From the NCBI RefSeq assembly GCF_006345805.1, contig NC_043016.1, positions 1,426,001-1,490,000 of the forward strand: a stretch of 64,000 nucleotides of DNA, read 5' to 3'. The notes below the pieces were generated by a model, which saw only the letters and a list, made by a program, of their open reading frames with translations, ran no database searches and was not told the DNA's origin. Position 1 is the first letter of the stretch. The number at the start of each line of letters is the position of its first letter. The position numbers and the translations under genes were made by a program. The DNA is from Octopus sinensis (Eukaryota). Shown here one piece after another: positions 25,745-37,700 of the stretch.

Positions 25745-28700
25745 TTCTGTCCTTGTTTGTCGCCTCTGTGTTTAGCCCCTTGTGGGTAGTAAAGAAATAG
25801 GTAGTTCGACTGATTCTCTGTCCTTCTTTGTCCCCGCTGTGATTAGCGCCATTTTGGGTAGTAAAGAAATAGGTATTTCGTCTGTTTGCCTGTCCTTGTT
25901 TGTCCCTTCTGTGTTTAGCGCCATTGTGGGTAGTAAAGAAATAGGTATTTCGTCTGTTTCTTTGTCCTTGTTTGTCCCATCTGTGTTTAGGCCCTTGTGG
26001 GTAGTAAAGAAATAGGTATTTCGTCTGTTTGCCCGTCCTTGTTTGTCCCCTCTGTGTTTAGGTCCTTGTGGGTAGTAAAGAAATAGGTATTTCGTCTGTT
26101 TGCCCGTCATTGTTTGTCCCCTCTGTGTTTAGGCCTATAGTGGGTAGGAAAGAAATAGGTAATTCGTCTGTTTGCCTGTACTTGTTTGTCCACTCTTTGT
26201 TCAGCCCGTTGTGGATAGTAAAGAAATAGGTATTTCGTCTTTTTGCCTGTACTTGTTTGTCCACTCTGTGTTATCACCGTGTGGGTTGTAAAGCGATAGG
26301 TATTTCGTCTGCTTTCCTGTCCTTGTTTGTTCCCTCAGTGTTTAGCCACTTATGGGTAGTAAAGAAATAGGAATTTCGTCTGTTTGTCTGTCCTTGTTTG
26401 TCCTCTCTGTGTTTAGCCCCTTTTGGGTTGTAAGGAAATAGGTATTTCGTCTGTTTTCGCTCATTGTTTGTCCCCTCTATGTTTAGGCCGTTGTGTGTAG
26501 TAAAGAAATAGGTATTTCGTCTGTTTGCCTGTCCTTGTTTGTCCTCTCTGTGTTTAGCCCCTTAGTGGGTAGTAAAGAAATAGGTATTTCGTCTGTTTAC
26601 CTGTCCTTGTTTGACCCCTCTCTGTTTAGGCCCTTGTTGGTACTAAAGAAATAGGTATTTCGTCTATTTGTCTATCCTTGTTTGTCCCCTCTTTGTTTAG
26701 GCCCTTGTGGGTAGTAAAGAAATAGGTATTCCGCCTGTTTGCCTGTCCTCGTGTATCCCCTCTGTGTTTAGCCCCATAGTGGGTAGTAAAGAAATAGATA
26801 TTTTGTCTGTTTGTCTGTCCTTGTTTGTCTCCCTTGTATTTAGCCCCTTGTGGATAGTAAAGAAATAGGTATTTCGACTGTTTGCCTGTATTGTTTGTCT
26901 TCTCTCTGTTTAGGCCCTTGTGGGTAGTAAAGCAATATGTATTTCGTCTGTTTTCCTGTCCTTGTTTGTTCCCTTTGTGTTTATCCCCTTATGGGTAGTA
27001 AAGAAATAGGAATTTCATCTGTTTGTCTGTCCTTGTTTGTCCTTTCTGTGTTAAGCCCCGTATGGGTTGTAAAGAAATAGGTATTTCGTCTGTTTTTTCT
27101 GTCATTGTTTGTCCCCTCTGTGTTTATCCCCATTGTGGGTAGTAAAGAAATAGGTATTTCGTCTGTTTACCTGTTTTTGTTTGTCTCCTCTGAGTTTCGC
27201 TCCTTGTGGGTAGTATAGAAATAGGTATTTCTTCTGATTGCCTCTCCTTGTTTGTTCCCTGTGTGTTTAGCTCCATTGTGGGTAGTAAGGAAATAGGTAT
27301 TTCGTCTGTTTGCCTGTCCTTGTTTGTCCCCTCAGTGTTTATCCCCATTGTGGGTAGTAAAGAAATAGGTATTTCGTCTGTTTGCCTGTTTTTGTTTGTC
27401 CCCTCTGTGTTTATCCCCATTATGGGTTGTAAAGAAATCGATATTTCGTCTGTTTGTCTGTCCTTGTTTGTCCCCTCTGTGTTTAGCCCCTTGTGGATAG
27501 TAAAGAAATAGGTATTTCGTTTGTTTGCCTGTCCTTGTTTGTCCCCTCTGTGTTTAGCCTCTTGTGGGTAGTAAAGAGAAAGTTATTTCGTCTGTTTGTC
27601 TGTCCTAGTTTGTCCTCTCTGCGTTTAGCCCCTCATTGGTGTTAAAGAAATTGGTATTTCGTCTGTTTTCTCTCATTGTTTTTCCCACCTGTGTTTAGGC
27701 CGTTGTGGGTAGTAAAGAAATAGGTATTTCGTCTGTTTGCCTGTTTTTGTTTGTCCCCTCTGTGTTTATCCCCATTGTGGGTTGTAAAGAAATCGATATT
27801 TCGTCTGTTTGTCTGTCCTTGTTTGTCCCCTCTGTGTTTAGCCTCTTGTGGGTAGTAAAGAAATAGGTATTTCGTTTGTTTCTTTGTCCTTGTTTGTCCC
27901 CTCTGTGTTTAGCCCCTTGTGGATAGTAAAGAAATAGGTGTTTCGTTTGTTTGCCTGTCCTTGTTTGTCCCCTCTCTGTTTAGCCTCTTGTGGGTAGTAA
28001 AGAAAAAGGTATTTCGTCTGTCTGTCTGTCCTAGTTTGTCCTCTCTGCGTTTAGCCCCTCATTGGTGTTAAAGAAATTGGTATTTCGTCTGTTTTCTCTC
28101 ATTGTTTTTCCCGCCTGTGTTTAGGCCGTTGTGGGTAGTAAAGAAATAGGTATTTCGTCTTTTTGCCTGTAATTCATTGTCCCCTCTGTGTTTAGAGTCA
28201 CAGTGGGTAGTAAAAAATAGGTATTTCGTCTGTTTCTCTGTCGTTGTTTGTCCCCTCTGTCTTTTGGTCCTTGTGGGTAGTAAAGAAATAGGTAATTCTT
28301 CTGATTGCCTCTCCTTGTTCGTCCCCTCTGTGTTTATCTCCATTGTGGTTAGTAAAGAAATAGTTATTTCGTCTGTTTGCCTGTTTTTGTTTGTCCCCTC
28401 TGTGTTTAGGCCATTGTGGGTAGTAAAGAAATAGGTATTTCGTCTGTTTTTTCTGTCATTGTTTGTCCCCTCTGTGTTTAGCCCCATAGTGGGTAGTAAA
28501 GAAATAGGTATTTCGTCTATTTGTCTGTCCTTGTTAGTCCCCTCTGTGTTTAGGCCCTTGTGGGTAGTAAAGAAATAGGTATTTCGTCTGTTTGCCTGTC
28601 CTTGTTTGTCCCCTCTGTGTCTAGCCCCATTATGGGTAGTAAATAACTAGATATTTCGTTTGTTTGTCTGTCCCGTTTTGTCCCCTCTGTCTTTATGCCC

Positions 28701-29080
28701 TTGTGGGTAGTAAAGAAATAGGTATTTCGTCTGTTTCTTTGTCTTTATTTGTCCCCTCTGTGCTTAGCATCTTATGGATAGTAAAGAAATAAGTATTTCG
28801 TCTGTTTGCCTGTCCTTGTTTGTCCCCTCTGTATTTAGCCTCTTTTTGGGTAGTAAAGAAATAGGTATTTCGTCTGTTTGCCTGTCCTTGTTTGTCCCCT
28901 CTGTGTTTAGCCTCTTGTGGGTAGTAAAGAAATAGGTATTTCGTCTGTTTGCCTTTCCTTCTATGTCCCCTCTGTGTTTAGCCTCTTGTGGGTAGTAAAG
29001 AAAGAGGTATTTCGTCTGTTTGTCTGTCCTTGTTTGTCTCCTCTGCATTTTGCCCCATTGTGGGTAGTAAAGAAATAGGC
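25745..29080. repeat. Tandem array of ~46 SINE-derived 71-73-bp monomers
   Basis: Consensus GGTATTTCGTCTGTTTGCCTGTCCTTGTTTGTCCCCTCTGTGTTTAGCCCCTTGTGGGTAGTAAAGAAATA; period 71 measured at 25981/26052; no unique spacers. Confidence 0.95.
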
Positions 29081-29084
29081 ATGC

Positions 29085-29245
29085 ATTCTGTCGTTAAGTT
29101 TTGAGTTCAAATTCCGCCGTTGTCGACTTTACCTTTCATTCTTTCGGTGTCGATTAGATAAGTACCAGGAAACACTGGTATCGATGTTATCGACTATTCT
29201 GTTCCCCACAAATTTCAGGCCTTGTTTCCATAGTAGAAAGGATTA
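29085..29245 (+). mobile_element. SINE body directly following the satellite
   Basis: GAGTTCAAATTCCGCCG..GTCGACTTTACCTTTCATTCTTTCGG. Confidence 0.8.
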
Positions 29246-29353
29246 TTTTTATTAAGATGGTGAGCTGGCAGAATCCTTAGCTAGACGCAGAAAATATATA
29301 GCAACATTTCACATAACACAAGTGAACTACTGCTATGTCTATCGGACGAATAT

Positions 29354-29401
29354 CCATCATCGCGGATACCAATAAAAGGTCGAAACCGTAAGGTCTGCTG
29401 G
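29354..29401 (+). ncRNA. Decayed type I hammerhead (core mutated)
   Basis: CCATCA-TCGCGGA-TACC/GGTC-GAAACCGTAAGGTC-TGCTGG: stems I, II and III are in place but CUGANGA is degenerate. Confidence 0.45.
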
Positions 29402-29439
29402 TCTGGAAGCAGTTCTCTTCCCGCTTGCAATAAATATTT

Positions 29440-29595
29440 GGTACGGTTATCATGTACCAGATTAATCCACAAAGTTTCGGTCGGCTCCAGGTTATATTCT
29501 TTAGTACAAGACACTTCTCCAACTGTCCGTGCAGTGGGGCTAAATCCAGAACCAGCTGGTTGGGAAGCAAGCTTCTTACCACACAGCCACAATCA
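29440..29595 (-). mobile_element. tRNA-derived SINE
   Basis: GGGAAGCAAGCTTCTTACCACACAGCCAC head on the reverse strand. Confidence 0.75.
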
Positions 29596-30087
29596 CACAT
29601 ACATACATGTACGCACTCATGCACGCACGCACTCATGCACGCACGCACTCACACACACATGCACACATAGTCACTCTCACACATACTTACATACGTACGT
29701 AGATGACTAAATCAATATTCAAATTGCGTTCAGTTTACTATTGTACCTAACAAGAGACAAAAAATCACAAAAGACGGTAAAGGAAAGGAAAAACAAATCT
29801 TTAAAAACTGTAAATTAATAAGACTAGCATAATTCTTCTCGATCGAACTCTATAGGACTGTTTAAACTGAGAATCTCTTTGCTCTACCAGAAAAAGGGTC
29901 AACGAGTGCGCCTGCTATATGAATACGAGTTACAGGGTCAACAAGTACAGAATTTGAAGGAAGTTAAATGAATGGTACTATGAAACATCGTTACAATAAA
30001 AAACCAAATAACGGAATATTAATTGCTATTATTCAAGGGATTATTATATTATTATTTTCTTCTTCTCTTCTTCTTCTTCTTCTTCTT

Positions 30088-30147
<60 letters not shown>

Positions 30148-30281
30148 ATTATTATTATTATTATTGTATTATCCCTCTCATCCTTTGCCCTGGTGGCTAA
30201 TAAAAGAAATCCATTATTATTATAATTGTTTTTATGTTGATGTTGTTGCTTATTATTATTATTATTATTATATGATTATTA

Positions 30282-30329
<48 letters not shown>

Positions 30330-30333
<4 letters not shown>

Positions 30334-32620
30334 TAGTTTTATTTTTATAGCGTGCTTTCACTTCACTACCGAGCACAGCTCTGTGTGCCTTGGGTATGTG
30401 CTGTGATTTGTTGTGATGCTCTGATGGTTATTGTATGGAAAGTGTTCTGTGTAGGATGTGTGCAGTGCCTAGTAGTGCAATTTTCTGTATATTATATGTG
30501 TTGTAAGTCCGGTGTTTTTGTTATGTATTTGTCTGAATATTTTTTTATCATGCCTAATGCACCTACTATGATAGGAATTGTTTCTGTTTTCAGATTCCAC
30601 ATTCTAGTTACATCTATTTCCAGGTCTTTGTATTTTGAGAGTTTCTCCATTTCTTTTAGAGACACGTTGTCATCAGCCGGTATTGATACATCAATTAGAA
30701 AGCATTTTTTTTCTTCATGATCTCTGACACTATATCTGGTCTGTTGGCCTTAATTTCTCTATCTGTGGTATCGGCATATCCCAGAGTATGGTTGCTTTCT
30801 CGTTTTCTGTGACCTTTCTGGTGTGTGCCTATACCATCTTTTTCTGTTGTTATTCCATAATGTTGGCATAGCTTCCAATGTATGTAGGTCCAACTCTGTC
30901 ATGTCTGTGAATATATTCCTTCTTAGCCAAGACTGGGGAGCTAGAGATAATATGATTTATTGTTTCTTGTCCATCTCCACATATTCTGCAGTTACTTGTA
31001 ATATTCCTTTCATTACATGTTTTTGGTAATTTCTGGTGGGGAGGCTTTGGTCTTGTGCTGCAATTAAAAAATCCCTTTGTTTGCTTTGAGTCCTGAGCTT
31101 CTCAACCATTGCTGGGATTTTTCTTTGTCTATTTCTTTTGCGTTTAGTTTAGTCCAGTATTTACCATGAAGGGGCTTTTCTTGCCATCGTTTTATCATGG
31201 TTCGTTGCTGTTCTATTTTTAGTTTGGATTTCATTTGTTTTATAGCTTTGTTGTTTCTTCATCTTCTTCTTCTTCTTCTTCTTCTTTTCTTAATGTTTAT
31301 TAGGTGGTATGATTTCTTGTTTGTATTTGTCAGCTTCCTTAAATACTGAGAACAGTTTTTGTTTTGCTCGTGTTTTGCCGCTATCTGGATCAGTTTTCTT
31401 TCTTCTGAAGTAGATATTTTTGCAGTCCTATGGTGGTTATTTTATAGTAGTTTTCCAGCTGTATAAGGCCTCTACCACCTTCTATACGTTGTATATATAG
31501 TCTTTCTATGTCAGATTTTGGGTGATGCATCCTAGATCCTGTCATTATTTTTCTTGTTTTCCTATCTATTTTGGTCAGTTCATTTCGTGTCCAGTTAAGG
31601 ATATTGTAGCTGTAACTTATAACTGGGACAGCTAAAGTGTTGATATCTATTATCTTGTTTTTAGCATTGAGCTCTGTGTTTAGTATTGATCTCACTCGTC
31701 TATAATATTCTTTTTTTATTTTCTCTTTCATTTGTGTGTGTTGTCTCTTATCTAGTTCATGGATTCCTAAGTATTTGTAAGTTTGGCTTTGGTCTAATTC
31801 TTTTATTTCATTGGTTTTATCTAGTGTGATGTTGTTACTCTTAACTAGTTTTCCTCTTTTCATGGTTACTTTGGCGCATTTTTCTAATCCAAATTTCATA
31901 TCTATTTCTTTGGTAAATCCATGAACTGTCTTTAATAGTGTTTCCAGCTGTTTGTCATTTGCAGCGTATAGTTTTAGGTCATCCATATATAAAAGGTGGC
32001 TAATCGTTTTGCCGTAACATTTATATCCGCATCCAGTTCTATTTAGCATATCAGATAGAGGTGACAGTGCCATGCAGAAAAGGAGTGGAGAGAGCGTGTC
32101 TCCCTGGAATATTCCTCTTGTAATGGGGATGTCTTTGGTTTTCATGAGTCCCTCTTTTGTTGGAGGTGTAGGACTGTTTGCCATTTATTCATAGAGTGCT
32201 CTATGAATTTTATGATTGTGTTGGTGCTATTTGTTAATGGCTAGTGTTTCGAGGATCCATGTGTGGGGGATGCTATCAAACGCTTTTCTGTAGTCGATCC
32301 AGGCCATACTGAGGCCTTTCTTCTTTCTGTGGCTGTCTTCAGTTATGGCTTTATTAATCATTAGTTGATCTTTACAGCCATATGAGCCTTTGCGGCATCC
32401 TTTCTGCTCTTCTGGGAACAGTTTGTTTTCGTCCAGGTGCTTGTTCAGCCTTTCTGATATCACATAGTAGGGAGCCAGGTTATTGGTCTGTAGTTTTCTG
32501 GTTTTTCTGTTTCATTTGATTTGGGAATTAAGATGGTTTTCCCCTTCGTGAGCCATTCAGGCGTTGTCTCTGGCTCTGCTAGTACTTTGTTAAAGTTTTC
32601 AGCCAGCTTTTTGTGCATTC
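30330..32620 (-). mobile_element. R4/Dong family E, 5'-truncated
   Basis: WIDYRKAFDS, GIFQGDTLSP, LLYMDDLK and MHHPKSDIERLY; (TAA)n tail on the element strand at 30230-30330. Confidence 0.9.
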
Positions 32621-32621
32621 C

Positions 32622-32700
<79 letters not shown>

Positions 32701-32716
32701 CATTATAATAATGATG

Positions 32717-32767
<51 letters not shown>

Positions 32768-32782
32768 TAATAATAATAATAA

Positions 32783-32813
<31 letters not shown>

Positions 32814-32822
32814 AAGAAGAAG
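32620..32822. repeat. (TTA)n -> (TAA)n -> (GAA)n tract; microsatellite polarity switch near 32703
   Basis: Direct reading. Confidence 0.95.
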
Positions 32823-33625
32823 AAGATGTAGAATATGATTACGGCAGAAAGAAATTTTTGTAGCAGAAAATGCGGGTGTTGATGTAAAAAAAAAGAAATA
32901 TAATGGGAGTGACAGAAAAAAGATCCATGGTGGAAAAGAAGATGCAGGCAGGGTTAGATATGCTCTCGAAGGACATTTCTGTATTAGACCGAAAAGAGAA
33001 AGAGGAGACATAAAAGCGAACAAAAATAAAGGGCACTGAAAAGGAAGTATAATATTGAAAGAAAGGAACTGAAAGTGGTAATGGAGGAACTGAAACAGCG
33101 CCTCGTTGCAAAGAAAGCAAAGATGGTAAGATACAACCAAAGAATGAAGGGTTACTACCAGAATAGGTTGTTCAGAGTAGAACAGAAGAGATTGTATAAA
33201 GAAATAAATGGAGGTTATACAGATAAAAAGTTGATAACATTGAAAGTCAAAGGTTTTGGAGTGACATCTGGAGCAAAGACAAGGAGCACAAGAAGGATGC
33301 TGAATGGTTGCTGAAACAAACAGTAGTCTGTCCAAAACAGGCAGAACTACTCATTTCAGTTAAGGAAGTGAAGAAAATGAGCAACTGGAAGGCCCCGGGA
33401 GCAGATGGAGTTAAAGATCAAAAGATTTGTTGAATGCCATGCACGAATAGCTGCGCAACTCAACACCATTTAAATCCCGACCAAGTAACACCAGAGTGGT
33501 TGACATTGGGTAGGACAGTGCTGTGCCTGGAAAACATCAAAAAAAGCAATACGGTAGACAATTACAGGCCGATATCCTGTTTGCCACTTACGTGGAAATT
33601 ATTAACTGGAATACTCGCAGAATCA
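32823..33625 (+). mobile_element. R4/Dong family C internal fragment
   Basis: Near-identical to the reverse complement of ~14930-15690, including shared lesions. Confidence 0.9.
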
Positions 33626-33696
33626 ATAATAATAATAATAATAATAACAACACAATAATAATGATAACAACAACAACAACAACAACAACAATATTA

Positions 33697-33732
<36 letters not shown>

Positions 33733-33749
33733 TAATAATAATTATAATG

Positions 33750-33808
<59 letters not shown>

Positions 33809-33899
33809 TATAATGATAATGATAATAACAATAATAATAAATAATAATAATAATAATAAATAATATAATAATAATAAATAATAATAATAATAATAATAA

Positions 33900-34500
33900 T
33901 GATAACACTTCCAATCAGTTAAGATCAGAAGCCATGAGAGCCACTGCCTGCAGTACCAGGCAGTGGTCTCATGGCTTCTGATCTTAACTGATTGGAAGTG
34001 TTATCATGTACATTGTTTTGTCTTGGTATAAAAGATGGGCTACAGCAAATATTCTGCTCAATACCACAGATTTACTTGTCAGTTGTTTGACCTTAACCAG
34101 TTGAGCATGTCCCTTAGTGGCTGACGATATGTGCATCTCTGATCACGAGCAGAAGTAGTGGGGGATATTCATAGCCATGTGTTGAGAGGGATTCTTTGGG
34201 GTTTGAATAATTCACCTCTGGAAATATGGGTGGTTCTTTCAACATCCTTAAACAACCCTTATTCATGGACCTTTTGAGCGGGATGGGCTACTCAACCTGA
34301 AGAAAATTCTAACTGGGCCCCACCTGCAAGGTCATGTGCTGTTTATCTTGATATGAGATCACCATGTCGCGCACATATGGTTGTGATGCATGTGCCTGGT
34401 GTACCTTTATCAGACGGGTAGTCATGATGGGTATATTGGGCTTCGTATATTTTACCCCAGTGTCACTTTGATGGCATGCACTGCTCTCTCACTCAATAAT
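33900..34500 (+). mobile_element. Non-coding retroelement 3' segment (likely Dong-type 3' UTR) with inverted 5' end and (TAA)n tail
   Basis: Homologous to 36905-37700; ends GCACTGCTCTCTCACTCAATAATAAT; 33900-33955 is the reverse complement of 33960-34010. Confidence 0.7.
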
Positions 34501-34515
34501 AATAATAATAATAAT

Positions 34516-35390
34516 AATTACCAACAAGAAACTACCAGGCCAACATATTAAAGAACGGCAGTAGCCCAACATGTCGTGTATGCCGACAACAAAATGAAAC
34601 CATTGATCATGTTGTCTCCAAATGCAGTCTTCTAGCGCCTACAGAGTACCTCAAAAGGCATGATAGAGCTGCACAATATATTCACTGGGTAATTTGCAAA
34701 AACCTGGATTTGCCCCATGAAAAAAAAACTGGTGGGAACACAATCCACCTCCAGTGCTTGAAAATGACCACATCTCACTCCTCTGGAACTTCACCATTCA
34801 AACTGACAGGAAGATAGATGCAAATAGGCCAGATATCATATTGAAAGACTTCAGACAAAGAACATGCCTCCTCATTGATATGACTGTCCCAATCGATATA
34901 AACGTATCTGTCAAGACCTACCAAAAACTGAGCAAATATAAAGATCTTGAAATAGAAATCAGCAAAATGTGGAACCTGAAGACTAAAACAATACCTGTTG
35001 TCATAGGTGCCCTGGGAATGATAGCGAAAGGGCCTAATTCCTACCTAACTCAGATACCAGGAAACCCCAAAATGGCAGAAATTCAAAAGATAGTGCTCAT
35101 GGGAACTGCTCATATCCTACGCAAAATACTCTCTATGTAATCCCAAGGACTAAAACAAACTCTTTTTTATTTATTTATTTTATTTTATTTTATTTTATTT
35201 TATTTAATTTTTTTATTTTTTTATTTAAAAAAAATTTTATTTTTATGTATTAGACATTCACTAGTACAACACAACCTCCCCCCAAATATATGGCACAGAA
35301 CTTCCAACCTGTTGTCTCTTGAGGTCTCTGGGTGAGACTTGGAGCCAACTTGTACAGACATAAAGCAAAAGTCAAACATAGAATAATAAT
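34516..35390 (+). mobile_element. R4/Dong family B 3' fragment with 3' UTR and (TAA)n tail
   Basis: ORF 34754..35140 (RLE domain), nearly identical protein to 10669..11055. Confidence 0.92.
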
Positions 35391-35408
35391 AATAATAATA
35401 ATAATAAC

Positions 35409-35499
<91 letters not shown>

Positions 35500-35500
<1 letters not shown>

Positions 35501-36660
35501 GCTTACAAAACAACGACAATTGGACTGGCCAAATATCTTGAAATAATGAATGACTGGATGCTAAAACTCGTGGAAAATCACGAGAGACGAAAGAAGCTTC
35601 ATTCTATCATAAAGGAAAGTAAAAAATTTGCTATTGATCTCGTGCAGGATACCCAAACTGAACAACCCGAGGGAAGTACGGCAACTATTGTTGCAAAAAG
35701 GTGAAAATAATGGCAACGAAAAAAGCGCACGAGCAATTGGCTGATAGGTGGGAGGAGAAACCTCTGCACGGCAAATAAGCTGATGTTGACCAGAAGCAAA
35801 CCCATCAGTGGCTACGGAGCTCAGGGCTAAAAGCAGAGAGCGAAGGTTTCATCCTGGCTGCTCACGATCAAAGCCTTATTAACCCGGAACTACCAGGCCA
35901 ATGTGATGAAAAATGGAGCAGACCCAAATTGCCGATTCTGCAACGACATGATTGAAACGGTGGACCACCTAATCTCTGATTGTAAAGTCTTAGCACCAGT
36001 GGAGTATAAATTAAGACATGATAGAGTTGGCCAATATCTACGCTGGCTAATAAGTCGGCATTACAATATCAAAACTGCTGACAAATGGTATAATCACCAC
36101 CCTGAAGCTGTAACTGAAGTTGAAAATTTAACGATTCTGTGGAACTTTCCAGTACATACAGACCGAACCATCAAGGCCAATAAACCGGATATTGTTGTGA
36201 AAGACCAAAACAATAAAGTTTGCTTATTGATCGACATGAGCATCCCCTGTGATCATAATATCTCGGCGAAAGAGTTTGACAAGCTCAGAAAATATAAAGA
36301 CCTACTCATTGAAATTGAGAAAATGTGGCATCTCAAGGCGGTTACAATACCAGTGATCGTAGGAGCACTAGGAATGATCAACAAGGGAACCGAAAATTAT
36401 ATGAGAATGATCCCTGGCTTACCATCCCTGCAAAAAGTGCAAAAGATTGTCTTAACTGGTACATCACACGTATTTAGAAGAGCATTGTCGATGTGAGAAC
36501 TATTACTACCCATGTATTTTAATTTAACTCTCAAAAAAAAAATGAACGAACTAGTGAGTTTAGTCTAATGGCCTACAAATGTATACTATGAGTTTCTTTG
36601 CCCTAGGAGTCGGGAAGACCCCGGCAAGAAATGGAAGCAAATTCGGAAGAGGAAAAAAAA
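35500..36660 (+). mobile_element. R4/Dong family A 3' fragment with (TAA)n tail
   Basis: ORF 35903..36496: CRFC...HLISDC, KPDIVVKD...IDMSIP. Confidence 0.92.
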
Positions 36661-36661
36661 G

Positions 36662-36694
<33 letters not shown>

Positions 36695-36703
36695 GTGATA
36701 ATG

Positions 36704-36767
<64 letters not shown>

Positions 36768-36790
36768 TAATAATGATAATAATAATAATA

Positions 36791-36824
<34 letters not shown>

Positions 36825-36826
36825 TA

Positions 36827-36901
<75 letters not shown>

Positions 36902-36904
36902 CAA

Positions 36905-37700
36905 TAATGTCCTCATGTAGTACCTATCAGTAGCTCTTATGGCTTCTGATCTTAACTGATTGGAAGTGTTATCATGTACATTGTTTCGCCTTTTATATAA
37001 AAGATGGGTTACAGCAAATATTCTGCTCAATACCCCAGATTTACTTGTCAGTTGCTTGACCTTAACTAGTGGAGCATGTCCCTTAGTGACTGACGACATG
37101 TTCATCATTGATCCCATGCAGAACAATTTGGATAATTCACCTTTGGAAAAGTGGGCGTTTTGTTCTACATTCTTAAACAACTCTTATTCTAGGACCTTTT
37201 GAGGAGGATGGGCTACCCAATCTAAAGAAAATTTCAACTGGGCCATACCTGCAAGGCCAAGCACTGATTATCTTGATATGTAGCTGGTGTTACAAACATC
37301 TGATTACGAGTTATGGACGAATCTGATTGCTACTCGTGTTATAGAGTTTCAGTACAACATGGTTGCAAAAACTGAGTTGAAATGTGCCGAACTTTTTAAA
37401 GAGGATGTGTAAAGTGCACACAGCAGTCAGTCGTACAAGTGTGGCCGCAGGGCCAGTTTTAAGCCAATTGCACAGATTTGTTCAAATTGGGTCCCGCGCT
37501 AAGAGAGGGTGCTGCGCATACACTCGAGATTAACATGCCATGCGTTGTTTATCGTGATATAAGGTCGTGATGCATGTGCCAGGTGTACCCTTATCAGACA
37601 GGTAGCCATGCTGTGTGTACAGAGGTTCGTATATTTGTACCCACTGTCACTTTGATGTCATGCACTGCTCTTTCCCTCAATAATAATAATAATAATAATA
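36905..37700 (+). mobile_element. Diverged copy of the 33960-34500 segment carrying a ~270-bp insertion
   Basis: GCTCTTATGGCTTCTGATCTTAACTGATTGGAAG... to GCACTGCTC..CAATAATAAT; unrelated sequence at ~37275-37540. Confidence 0.75.

Noticed and set aside
25772-29048. Repetitive ORFs (GTNKDRQTDEIPISLLPT)
   Set aside because: By-products of the 71-bp array; the period is not a multiple of three and frames break constantly.
25745-29080. CRISPR-like array
   Set aside because: Monomers are contiguous with no unique spacers, there are no cas genes, and the context is eukaryotic and SINE-derived.
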